A stretch of 64,000 nucleotides of DNA from Octopus bimaculoides (taxonomy: Eukaryota), in the NCBI RefSeq assembly GCF_001194135.2, contig NC_068981.1, positions 161,709,672 through 161,773,671 of the forward strand, written 5' to 3'. Below, piece after piece: positions 50,448 to 62,837 of this stretch (its first letter is position 1; the number at the start of each line of letters is the position of its first letter). The notes under the pieces are model-generated. The model made no database searches. It saw only the letters and a program-made list of their open reading frames with translations, and had not been told where the DNA came from. The position numbers were made by a program, and so were the translations under genes.

Positions 50448-51995
50448 GAGGCAATCAAAATAATCTATGAAAATAACCATTAAACAAAGGGAAATTACTA
50501 TGTAACTGACCGTTATTAAGACAAAAGAGATATTAGAATGACCGTTAAATAAGGGAAAAAACTGAAGGGGAGGACATAAAAAATAAAGGAGTAAAAATGC
50601 TCATAGCAATCGTGTATGCACGCATGTACATACAAATGCGCGCACGCACACCCACGTGCATCTACCTATATGCATATGCTCACTCACACTCGCATGAAAC
50701 ACACACATATGCACCCACACATACACCAATAGATACACATATATATGCAATCATGCATGTACATGTATACATATCCATACACAGGCACGCACACACACAC
50801 ACATACACGCACACACATGTGCATATACCCATACGCGCACAGTTATATTCTAATACATGTCTAAAAGTACGCACATGCTATATGCTTACTCACACTCGTG
50901 TGGAACACATGCATGTACACCCATTATATATGCAACTATACACATGTACATATACGCGTACATATATACATACCCGCACACACACACATGCATGATGTAC
51001 ACATGTATATCCGCACACACGTGCGCACACACACATATGTGAACATACCCATACATGCACATTTATATTCAAATGCATGTCTAAAATACGTGCATGCTAT
51101 ATATGCATATGCTCACTCACACTCGCGTGGAACACTCACATGTACACCCACATATATATGCAACCATACACATGTACATACACATGTACATATATACATA
51201 CCCGCACACATACACACACACACACACACACGTGCACAAAAAAGTTCATATACATATCTATGTATGCACATGCACAAGAAAAATGCAGAGTGAAAGGTAA
51301 AATACAGAAAAAATACAGTAAAAATATATAAAGCAATAAAAATATAAAAATTATCTCTATAAATATGTAAAAAATATGTAAAAGATATATTAAAAAAATA
51401 TGTAAAAAATATGTATGTGTATGTGCATGTGTGTGTGTGTGTACATGTGTGTGCAGATATACATATGTATACATCGTGCGTGCGTGTACTTGTGTGCAGG
51501 TATGTATATATGTACATGTGTATGGTTGCATATATATGTGGGTGTACATACATGTGTTCCACGCAAGTGTGAGTTAGTATATAGCATGTGCATATTTTTT
51601 TGTGTATCTGATTATAACTGTGTGTGTATGGGTATGTGCATGTGTGTGTGTGTGTGTATGTGCATGCCTGTGTGTGGATATGTGTACATGTACATGCATG
51701 GTTGCATATATATGTGCATCTATTGGCGTATGTGTGTTTCATGCGAGTGTGAGTGAGCATATGCATATAGGCACATGTACGTGGGTGTGTGTGTTGTGCC
51801 TGTGTATGTATGTACATGCGTGCATACGCGATTGCTATGAGCATTTTTACTCCTTTATTTTTTACTTCCTCCCCTTTGGTTTTTTTCCCCTTATTCAATG
51901 GTCATTCTAATAGCTCTTTTGTCTTAATAACGGTCGATTACATATTAATTTCCCTTTGTTTAATGGTCATTTTCATAGCATATTTTGATTGCCTC

Positions 51996-52056
51996 GATAA
52001 CTGAAGAGATGCCGGAGCAGGTTTCCGCCCCGACATCTGAAACTCGGAGTCTTATT
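51996..52056 (+). ncRNA. Type-I hammerhead ribozyme-like motif (right arm)
   Basis: GAUAA CUGAAGA GAUGCCGG...CCGACAUCU GAAA CUCGGAG UC UUAUU. Stem I is 5 bp; the GUC triplet gives a predicted cut after 52051; stem II needs a 1-nt bulge. Confidence 0.6.
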
Positions 52057-52105
52057 ATGGCAACCAAATAATTGTCACATATTATATTACAGATATATAT
52101 ATATA

Positions 52106-52290
52106 GGCGCAGGAGTAGCTGTGTGGTAAGTAGCTTGCTTACCAACCACATGGTGTGTTTATGTTCCCATCACATAGCGGTTTGGCAAAAGAGAGAACGA
52201 TAGAATAAGTACTAGGCTTACAAAGAATAAGTCCCAGGGTCGATTAGCTAGACCAAATGTGGTGCTCCAGCATGGCTGCAGTCAAAAGAA
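52106..52290 (+). mobile_element. Family A SINE, internally deleted, followed by an RTE 3'UTR (to about 52560)
   Basis: The head joins directly to the 3' half. Confidence 0.75.
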
Positions 52291-55200
52291 TATATAAAAG
52301 TGTCTGTGCGGTGCCATGTAAAAGCACCTGTGCTGTGCCACATAAAAACGCCCATACAGTCCCACATGAAAGTGCTTGTGCAGTGCCACATTAAAAGCAC
52401 CCAGCACACTCTGTAAAGTGGTTGACATTAGGAGGGGCATCCAGCTGTAGAAACCATACTAAATCAGAATGGAGCCTGGTGCAGCTCCCCAGCATGCCAG
52501 CTCTGGTCAAACCATCTAATCCTCGCCAGCATGGAAAACAGACGTTAAGTGATGATGATGTACTGTACTATTTTTAGACTAGTACCCAGGAACTAAGACA
52601 ATTATTAGTGAACTTTTGTAGTAACTGGAGAAGCAAAAGCCTAACAGAAAACTCTTTTAGAGTTTAACAGCAGGGTATATCAACATAAAAATTCTCTCAG
52701 ATAATGTAACAAAGAAAATATTAACAACAACAACAGAAGAAAAAAATGTGAGTCTACAGTCATCACATTTCCTATTCTGGACAGAGTCACGATTCAAAAC
52801 TGTGTAATTTGTTTTCAATATAATGTCATAAAACACACTCCTTCACACTGGTCTGGTAATAAACAGATTTATTCTTGTCATGCAGATACATTAGGAAATG
52901 CATTATCCCTTTTTGTGGCAACAAATGCAGCACTATTGATGACACACATTGTGTGACATGCCATCATCTTTCTTATGTTTCTCTAACTACTGTAAAAGTC
53001 CATTGAAGATTGCTCACTGTATCCAAAATCCCTGAAATTATGTATGAAACTAATGGCATGAAATTGAACAGTATTAAGTTTATAAATACTCATTACCTGA
53101 GAGAAATATATCTCATGGTACAATTAAATAAAAGATACAGTTGACCAATGAGAAGCTATTCTATTGACTCTCATTTGTACCATCATTGAGAAGAAACTGA
53201 CATTAAGCTCCAAAATGCTGCTGATGATTGAGGATGTTATTTCACAAGAGCATACTTCATTTTCTCTAACTTAATCGGATAATCATTTAAGATAGACACT
53301 GAAATTACAAGCACAATGTTAAGTGTACATTACACCTATGTTATATCTGGATCAATGGATACCTTTATAAAAGTAACATATGTATGTAAAATAGCTGGAG
53401 AACTTTCATAAAGAAAACCTCTGTACTTCATTCTCCTCATTAATTAATGTAATAATTTGATAAACTTTGAAGTTATTCTCAAGAAAGGTCTTATTAAAGG
53501 CGTTACCTCTTTCCACTACCACAACCAGATTAAGACCTGTAGAGTCCCTAAGCACTTAAAAGATTTTGGTGCTTCCATATATATGTAATTCAAAATATAA
53601 ACAATAATAAACTACAAAATAAATTTTTATTTTTTTCAAAATGAAACAAAAGTAACAATAAGATGGAAAATGATGTTTATTTTTGTTCACTTCCACTTTA
53701 TATTTGAAAAATTTTCTCCTATTTTTTTTTTATTGCGAAGTCTTTGATTAGATCCTCACTATGATACCATGACCACTTTGGAATTATATTTCCAATCATA
53801 TAAACCACTTCGAATGTTATTTTAACAAGTTTAAAGTGATTTCTTTTGTGCTGTAAACCATTTACCATTTCTGTGGTGTTGCACTTACCCTGATGCCTTA
53901 AGCATGTACTTATCTTGATTAACGGTTAATCCAACACTGTCCACAACACACAAACTTAACCTTAGTTTATAGATTTGCTTTGCATCACCTTCCCGCTATT
54001 TGTAAATGCTATCCTGAATACTAAGTATAAAGTCTTGTTATTGTCACCTTTGTTTGTTATGTTACTTGGATTTTGGTGTACTCCAGTCAACTGGTGATCC
54101 TTTCATAAATTTTTCTTTGAATGTTTCCCCAGCACAACATAGCCAGTGAAGTTACTAGTTTATTTTAATACAGCAACATACTATCTATTTTCTGAGTATA
54201 TATGTATACCTCTGTTTTAGCTTACTCCTACCAACTTCAATTTTATAGGTTATTATTCAGCTTAATTGATGTAACATGCTGCTTATATGCATATTTGATG
54301 ATTTTAATTTTAATCAATGCTGTTGCATCAACCTTTTACTTCTTTTTATATCCCTTATATTTTTTTGTGCATAACTAGTTTTTTTTTATGAAATAGATAT
54401 TGCAAATAGCAATTATTGTCTTATTACAATCTCCTATTTTTGCATGACTATTTCGCTTATCATTTATATCCCATCTATTTTCATACATGCAATTTTTCTT
54501 TAAAGATTGTATTTGCAATCAACCCTAAGCTTGTCTCTGAAAGGTTGCTGAGTGATGAAGTGCAACAAATGGTGCAAGACTAGTGAACAACTTATGTTGG
54601 AGTTATCAATATAGCAGTGGCCATGATATTTGAGACAGAAGTCAAGAAAAAAAAAGGTAAAATCAAGGTAAGTCCCCATCAAGAAAATAGGTCTTTGTAA
54701 AGAAATGACAGCTGATAAGTCAGATAAAGATAGGAATATCAGTATGTCAATGGCAATTAGAAAAATTAGGGAGTTAGCTGATAAGTTAAGAACAATTGCT
54801 GAAAAATTAGATGTTGAAATAAAAGTAGAAGAAATCCTAGATCAAAGGCTTGAAAGGGAAAATATCAGGTCATCCCATAAGCTGAATACATCATTTCCAT
54901 TACACATATTTAAGTTGAGAGGCACAAGCACTTACACATACATGTACACCCATGACGGAAACTTCTACCTACCAAATTCAATCACAAGGCTTCGGTTGGC
55001 CCAAAGCTGTAGCAGAAGACACTTGCCTAAGGTGCCACTAGTTGTCAAGGTAATGGGGTGGAGACAAACACAAATCCCCCCCCCCATTTTTATGAAAAGC
55101 TTCCACACAGTTTCTGTCTACCAAGTTCCCTCACAAAGCATTGGTCAGCCCAAGACTATAGCAGAAGACACGTGCCCAAGGTGCCATGTTGGGGGACTAA

Positions 55201-56499
55201 ATTCAAAACCACAAGGTTGAAAAGTGAGCTTCCTAACCACGCAGCCATGCCTGCACCTATTTGCTTGATTTTTCTTTTCAAATTCTATTTATTACTTTTC
55301 TGTTATTGTCCATCCTTATTTTGATTTAATCTGAATCAGCATTCTTTCAAAAATGATCTTTCTTATGGCTACAATTACATTCTACACATTTTTTCCCTTG
55401 TTCAATATTTCATTCTTCCTCTATTCAATCTCATGGTCAAAATTTTCAGACTCAGGCTTTCTTTCGAATAAATTTGAAGAACTTTCAATCGCTGTATTTA
55501 TTGCTATTAGAATTTTCAATGTTTTTCTAGTATAGAGTCTTGTTTCTCTCAAAATTATTTACTACACATTTTTCGTACATGTGTCCACAATCAATCTGTC
55601 TCTTATAGAATTTGTAAAGTCTACCAATTTCTGAATTTTATTTTTCTGCAACAAAATGGTATTACTCATTCCACTCATTTGATAGAAACTGAAAAAATTT
55701 TATATCTCAACATCACAAGAATTCTCTCCCTCAAAATTTGTTACCAATTTTTGTATGACTTCAAAAAATTTACATTTCGCATCATCAAAGCATTAGCCAA
55801 TTTAAACATTTTTACCACCAGTTCCAGTGATAAAATATTTCAATTTTACATCTTCATTGGTAAATCTATTTTTAATTCAGAATAAGTCTCCATGCTGATC
55901 ACAAAAATCTTTTGATATGAGAATGCTGGAAACTTTTTTTTCCTATGAAATAACCCAAACTTGCCTAGATATTCCTTCAGCCAATGTAATATCATAATTT
56001 CATAATTTTTAAACAAATGACTTCAAAAAAAATATTCTTCTAAAAATTAAAAACTTTTCACCATTTTTTTTTTCCTTTTTTCAAAACCTGTAGCTAATTT
56101 TTGTGGAAAAGTTTTCATATCTACCTTTTTTTTCTCAAAGTCTTCAGTGCTACATTTTTCAAGCTAACTTCATCTAGTTCCCACTTTTTTGTTGTGTTTA
56201 TTTCTTAGTTACAGTACAATCTGGAGTGCAAATAAAATAAAAGCAAATTCTATGATTATTGACAGGAAGATATAATAAAAAATTGTTTTCAAATTTTTCC
56301 ACAAGGGCAGCCATTTTGGGGGAGAGGATTAGTCGATTACATCAACCCCAGTATTTCACTGGTACTTAATTTATTAGGATATAATAACAAGAATTAAGCA
56401 ATGAATCTCAGTAATTAGTTGATGTCATTGTACAACATTTCAGCTAAAGAGTGGAACCCTTTGCCAAAATAATCATGTTTTATTATACCAAAAAGTTTG

Positions 56500-56629
56500 A
56501 TTGCCAAACACATGGTCTCAAGTTCAGTTATACTGTGTGGCAACTTTGGGCAAAAATCTTCTACTATAGCATCCAGGCAACCAAAGCTTTGTCAGTGAAT
56601 TTGATAGATGGAAACTGAAAGCCTGTCCA

Positions 56630-56686
<57 letters not shown>

Positions 56687-56819
56687 NNNNNNNNNNNNNN
56701 NNNNNNNNNNNNNNNNNNNNNNNNNNNNNNNNNNNNNNNNNNNNNNNNNNNNNNNNNNNNNNNNNNNNNNNNNNNNNNNNNNNNNNNNNNNNNNNNNNNN
56801 NNNNNNNNNNNNNNNNNTG

Positions 56820-56872
<53 letters not shown>

Positions 56873-57090
56873 ACGTTACTGTCTCCTTGTTGTCGTGTGA
56901 TGTCATGCAAGCGGTAGTCTTTCATCCTCAATCTTCTATGACAACACATCTGGTCTTGTGGAATATTACCTTTCTTGGAAACAGGCGAGGGTTGGTAACA
57001 GGAAGGGCATCTGGCTATAGAAAATCTGCCTCATCAAATTCTGTCTGACCCATGAAAGCATGGAAATGTAGAAGTTAAACTATGATGATT
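56500..57090 (+). mobile_element. SINE with family A head, (TG)n and RTE-type tail (variant A/C)
   Basis: The tail 'ggaaacaggcgagggttggtaacaggaagggcatc...catggaaatgtagaagttaaactatgatg' resembles the RTE 3' end. Confidence 0.7.
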
Positions 57091-57808
57091 ATAAGAGTAT
57101 ATCTTTCCATTCACCCTGCTCAATTTATGTACCAACCCACAAGTGATATCAACTATTGCTACATATTGTAGGGCTAAACAAGTAACTGTCATTAGTTGAA
57201 CCATGGCTGAGGAGATGAATAATCTCTGAAATATTTCAATGTTATGTAAATTAACTTGTGATAAGTATTCTATAGCTTCCATTTGTGATATATTTGTAGT
57301 CTATTCTTCCTGTTATTTTAAAATTCACACACACACATATTCAAATTAAATACAACTGTAAAGTCACAATAAAGTATGTGAGAATTGGGTGTCTATATTA
57401 CACACTTTGCTATATTAGTACAAAATGTATGCATGGATGTGTGAATGATTTTGTTTTACCTCTCATCTTCACATGTGTATACTGACTGTAAACAAAAGCC
57501 TTGCCAGTCAAGACTAATGGCGTTGTTCATTTGCAGTCTACTGCAAAAGCATATGCAGGCTACATGGCATGTCATGACAGGTTGCATGCTGAATATCCAC
57601 AAAAGCTTCACCATTCATGCAAACCATGTCATTTGTTTACAGTCTTCCATGAAAGGATGTCTGAACTGTTTGTTGTTCAATAGTTTGTGGTATTTATTGT
57701 CCTGCATAGAAACAGGTACGAGATATCAGAAATGATATCTGGCCACAGAAAGCTTGCCTCAAATAATCTCAGCTGATCAATCCAAGCATGTAAAACTAGA
57801 CCTTAAAG

Positions 57809-57926
57809 CAGTGTTTCTCAACTGGGGTTCCCTGGAACCCTAAGGTTCCACAAAAGGTTCCTACGGGTTCCGTGAGAAAGAGTGCAATAAGCTAATGCTA
57901 ATTTCATGATTGTAATATTACTATAC
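57809..57926 (+). mobile_element. hAT (Charlie-like) left end, partial
   Basis: Begins cagtgtttctcaactggggttcc; no right TIR found. Confidence 0.45.
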
Positions 57927-58243
57927 GGAGGCACAATGGCCCAGTGGTTAGCGCAGTGGACTCATGGTCGGAGGATCGTGGTTTTGATTCCCAGACTGGG
58001 CGTTGTGAGTGTTTATTGAGCGAAAACACCTAAGCTCCCCAAGGCTCCAGCAGGGGGTGATGTTGAATCCTGTTGTATTCTTTCGCCCCAACTTTCTCTC
58101 ACTCTTTCTTCCTGTTTCTTGAGTAACGCTGCGATGGACTGGCATCCCATCTAGCTGGGGGGAACACATACGCCATAGAAACTGGGAAACCAGGCCCATG
58201 AGCCTGGCTAGGCTTTGAAAGGGTGATGTTTATCGTTTTTTTT
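57927..58243 (+). mobile_element. tRNA-Arg-like SINE (OR-type) with an alternative 3' half
   Basis: Same head as 44084 but a different tail, 'gctgcgatggactggcatccc...'; 14-bp TSD taatattactatac. Confidence 0.85.
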
Positions 58244-58285
58244 TAATATTACTATACATGCACAACATATTATTGGTTATTGTAA

Positions 58286-58497
58286 CATTCTTTTCTACTC
58301 TAGGCACAAGGCCTGAAATTTTTGGGGAGGGGGCCAGTCAGTTAAATCAACTCCAGTACTGGTACTTAATTTATCAACTCTGAGAGGATGAAAGGCAAAT
58401 TCCACATCGGTGGAATTTGAACTCAGAACCTAAAGACAGATGAAATGCCGCTAAGCATTTCACCCAGCATGCTAACATTTCTGCCAGCTTGCTGCCT
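58286..58497 (-). mobile_element. Family B SINE
   Basis: 15-bp TSD tattggttattgtaa at 58271-58285 and 58498-58512. Confidence 0.85.
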
Positions 58498-58619
58498 TAT
58501 TGGTTATTGTAATATTGTAATATTGTAATATTGACATCATTCTATCTAACCTGTTATGTTATCAAAAAAGGTATAACAACCATTGGGGCTCTATTTAGTG
58601 CTGTCTGTAATTTATGGAC

Positions 58620-58665
<46 letters not shown>

Positions 58666-58666
<1 letters not shown>

Positions 58667-58948
58667 TACCTCTGTTGGTGACAAAGGGTGAGAGGTAGGT
58701 GACAAAGGTAGACTGTGTGTGACGCATGTGTATGAACAGCCATGTTACATGGCAGTGAAACATGGGCTGTGACTGCTGAAGACATGCATAAGCTTGCAAG
58801 GAATGAAGCCAGTATGCTCTGCTGGATGTGTAATGTCAGTGTGCATCCATGACAGAGTGTAAGTGCCTTGAGAGAAAAGTTGGATCTAAGAAGCATCAGT
58901 TGTGGTGTGCAAGGGAGGCAACTGCGTTGGTATGGTCATGTGGTGAGT
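58666..58948 (+). mobile_element. RTE ORF2 fragment
   Basis: 'AMLHGSETWAVTAEDMHKLARNEASMLCWMCNVSVH'. Confidence 0.8.
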
Positions 58949-58949
58949 G

Positions 58950-59180
58950 TAAACCATTTACACTTGTACATGCACACTGACTTTGTACATCTAGCAAAGC
59001 ATACTGGCTTCTTTTATTTCAAGCCTTCACATTCCTTTGCAGTTACAGCCCCTATTTTGCTGTCATGTAGCACAGCTGTCTGTACACAGGTATCATACAA
59101 TCATCTAATTTCACGCTGAGGGAGAGCCCCTTTGTCACCAACAAAGGTAATAGCTCTCTGAACTTTGCCCAACTGGCTGC
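58950..59180 (-). mobile_element. RTE ORF2 fragment, inverted relative to the previous one
   Basis: Minus strand 'WAKFRELLPLLVTKGLSLSVK', homologous to 58666-58860. Confidence 0.75.
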
Positions 59181-59927
59181 ATTTTCTCCTCACCACTACT
59201 TCACAGCTAGTGTTAGTTCGTTTACATCTCCTTACATCCTGTACATATACAACATGCTTCCATCTAGTTTCCACCATCCAGATTCACTCACAAGGCATTG
59301 GTTGACCCAAAGCTATAGTAGAAGACATTTTCTCCAGCTGCCATGCACAGGAATTGAACCCAAGACTGCATAGTTGAAAAGAGGGTTTCTCAACCATACA
59401 GCCTTTTTTTCCCAATGATTCTTCTATATATCGAAACCTTTCTTTTTCATATATCTTACAACATAATAAAACCATTCTTATTTGTTATTTAACATTACAC
59501 CACAAATGTGAACAAGTGTTAAAACCTATTGTATGTTCAGTGACTGCCTGCTTTGTCACTATATATATTTATAAATATGATTTTATTTTTCTGAACACTC
59601 TCTCCTGCAAAGTGTAAACCACATATTTCCTGTTTGTTGCTCACTAATGTAATTCCTCTCGCTTCATAAAAATAGTTTCTGTTTGCTTTTTATTATTTTG
59701 TTTTATTTGTTATTTGTAAATAATTTTTTTCTTTTTCTTTCCCTTTCGCTTTTTCTTTTTGTTTGTTTGTTTGGGTGTGTAGAATTTTAACTGTGTCCTT
59801 TTAACGTTTATTGAGAAGTTGTGTATATTTATTGAGAGACGGGTTGAGAAGGTTTTGAAGCGTTAATGGATTCAGGACTGTTATCGTTCAACACTAAACA
59901 TAAAGGACTAAATATGATAAATCATGT

Positions 59928-59978
<51 letters not shown>

Positions 59979-60704
59979 ATGCATGCATGTGTATGTGTAT
60001 TTGTCTATATATCTATAGGTATACACAACACACATAATGTGTGTGTGTGTGTGCAGGAGTACTTGTTTCAATCATTGGACTGCGGCCATACAGGGGCACT
60101 ACTTTGAAGGATCTTAGTTGAACAAATTGACCCTAGTGCTTATGTCATTTAAAAAAAAAATCTTGTCCTTATTCTTCTGGTTGCTTTTGCTGAATCACCA
60201 AGTTATGGGGATGTAAACAAACCAACACAGCTGTTGTCTGTTGGGTGCGTATGTGTGTGCATTAAACAAAGATACAAAGACACACACACGTGCACACATA
60301 CTGGTGCTGCATAAACGCACCCGTGCCAGTGACACATAAGAAACATCCAGCAGAGTCTATTAAGTGGTTGACATTAGAAAGGGCAACCAGCTGTAGAAAC
60401 CATGCCACAACAGACAGTTGTAGTCTGGACAGCTCCCTGCTAGCTAGCTCCATGTCAAATCATCCAACCCATGTCAGCATGGAAAGAGGACGCTAAACGA
60501 TGATGATCATACACACACAAGTCCACACACACACACAAAATTTCTGTCAACTAAATTCACTCACAGAGCATTTGTTGAGACACAGGGCTGGAGCAGAGGG
60601 CATCTTCCCAAAGTTCCACATAGAAGGATCAAACCCAGGACCATGTAATCATGTAATTTCAAAGCAAGCTTCTCAACCATACAGCCATGCCGGTACCTGA
60701 AATA

Positions 60705-61110
60705 TTGGTCTCAAATTTTAGCTCAAGGCCAGTAATTTCAGGAAAGGAAGTAAGCTGATTACATCACCTCCAGTGCCCAACCAGTACTTAATTTATCGAC
60801 CCCGAAAGGATGAAAGGCAAAGTTGATACTAGCAGAATTTGAATTCAGAATGTAAAGACTGATGAAACAACACTAGGCATTTTGTCCAACATGCTGCTGA
60901 TTCTGATAGATTTCCATCTTAATAATAATAATAATGGTTTCAGATTTTTCCACAAGGGCAGCCATTTTGGGGGAGGAGATGAATCAATTACATCGATCCC
61001 AGTGTTGAACTGGTACTTAATTTATTGACCCTGAAACGATGAAAGGCAAAGTAACTTCGAGAGAATTTGAACTCAGAATGTAGCGGCAGGCAAAATACTG
61101 CTAAGCACAT
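60705..61110 (-). mobile_element. Two tandem family B SINEs
   Basis: Two Nin/Deu-like cores at about 60790 and 61020. Confidence 0.7.
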
Positions 61111-61443
61111 CTTTCTCAGCACATCTCAACCCTTTGAAACACTATCCGAATCTACCATGTTGAAATCTGCTGCCGTCCTCAATTGCTTAGCACCAAAATG
61201 CGGACATATGTATATATTTGTGTCCTTGTGTTTAGTGTTTGTCTCCCCCACCCCATCACCACTTGACAACTGATACTGGTGTGTTTACATCCCTGTAACT
61301 TAGCAATTTGGCAAAAGAAACCAGTAGAATAAGTACTAGGCTTAAAAAATAAGTCCTGGGATCGATTGTTTGACTAAAACCCTGATGGCACTGCTCCAGT
61401 ATGGCCACATTCAGATCACTGAAACAAGTAAAAAAATAAAAGA

Positions 61444-61493
<50 letters not shown>

Positions 61494-62219
61494 ATATGTG
61501 TACAGTGTGAATTGAGATACATAAATTTATTACACACATTGCATATGTGACAGTGTGTGATTGGTTTAAGCATCTCCTGCATCACTGTACACATGTATTT
61601 GCATGTGTGGGATATTCTGTGTAATTCATGTAACACTGTATGCCTACGCACATATGCACATACACATACATATGCATACACACATGCATAAGTATATAGT
61701 TGTGGAGAGTATTGTTGTTTGAGTCAGAAACTCAATGAACAGTATAATTTGGTTTTACCAAGAGTGCGTGCATGTTTGTTAGAGAAAGAGAGAGAAGGAG
61801 AAAGAAAAAAGTGAAAGAGAGATAGAATGACAGAGAATTCTGTGCATCTCATAAAACATTGCACACAGACGTATGTGTGTATGTTTGCTCTATGTTTTTT
61901 TTTATTCACCCCTCTTACACATTTATCTGATGTCATATTTGTTTCCAGGTCTTTGCCAAATCCATGGTTTTCATCTGTCAATCTGTCATTGATGTTTTTT
62001 GGGTTATTTATCTGTATACATACTTCCATATCCATAGATAATGTACACAAACATAAGTGTATACTTACACACACACACACACACGTTTTTTTGGAAGCAT
62101 TCATACATTGGAACACAAAGATTGTTGGTGGTAAACTCCCATCAAAACTTCTAAATTCAAACACAATTGGTCTGCTACACTTTGGGATGAACAACAAAAA
62201 TTAGATAGACGTAACTACG

Positions 62220-62380
62220 TGATAAGAAGTTTGTATCCCAACCATGTGGTTTTGGGTTCAGTCCCACTGTGTGGTACCTTGGGGAAGTGTTTTCAACAAC
62301 ATTCCTTAACTGACCAAAGCCTTGTGAGTGGATTACATGGACAAAATCTGAAAAGAGCTCATTGTGTACATATATAGATG

Positions 62381-62443
<63 letters not shown>

Positions 62444-62806
62444 NNNNNNNNNNNNNNNNNNNNNNNNNNNNNNNNNNNNNNNNNNNNNNNNNNNNNNNNN
62501 NNNNNNNNNNNNNNNNNNNNNNNNNNNNNNNNNNNNNNNNNNNNNNNNNNNNNNNNNNNNNNNNNNNNNNNNNNNNNNNNNNNNNNNNNNNNNNNNNNNN
62601 NNNNNNNNNNNNNNNNNNNNNGTCATACAAGTGGTGTCTTACCGATCTTCCGTGAAAAGATGTCTAGTCATGGGGAAATATCATCTTGTTTGGAAACAAG
62701 AGGGTTGGTGATGATAAGGGCTCCTGATATAGAAACCCTGTTTCAACATATTCTGTCTGACTTGCAGGCTTGGAAAAGTGGACTGTAAGTCGAAAAATAA
62801 TGAAGT

Positions 62807-62815
<9 letters not shown>
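62220..62815 (+). mobile_element. SINE variant A/C (family A head, (TG)n, RTE-type tail)
   Basis: Same architecture as 56500-57090. Confidence 0.65.

Positions 62816-62837
<22 letters not shown>

Larger units (their letters stand above)
50349..52094. repeat. Large imperfect inverted repeat (fold-back), probably from a Penelope-like element
   Basis: Left arm about 50349-51240, right arm about 51410-52094, AT-rich spacer. The arms include a 210-220 bp (CA/TA)-rich minisatellite and hammerhead-like motifs. Confidence 0.85.

Noticed and set aside
57501-57683. 60-aa ORF in non-repeat DNA
   Set aside because: Short, starts at a non-ATG codon, and has no motif or splice support.
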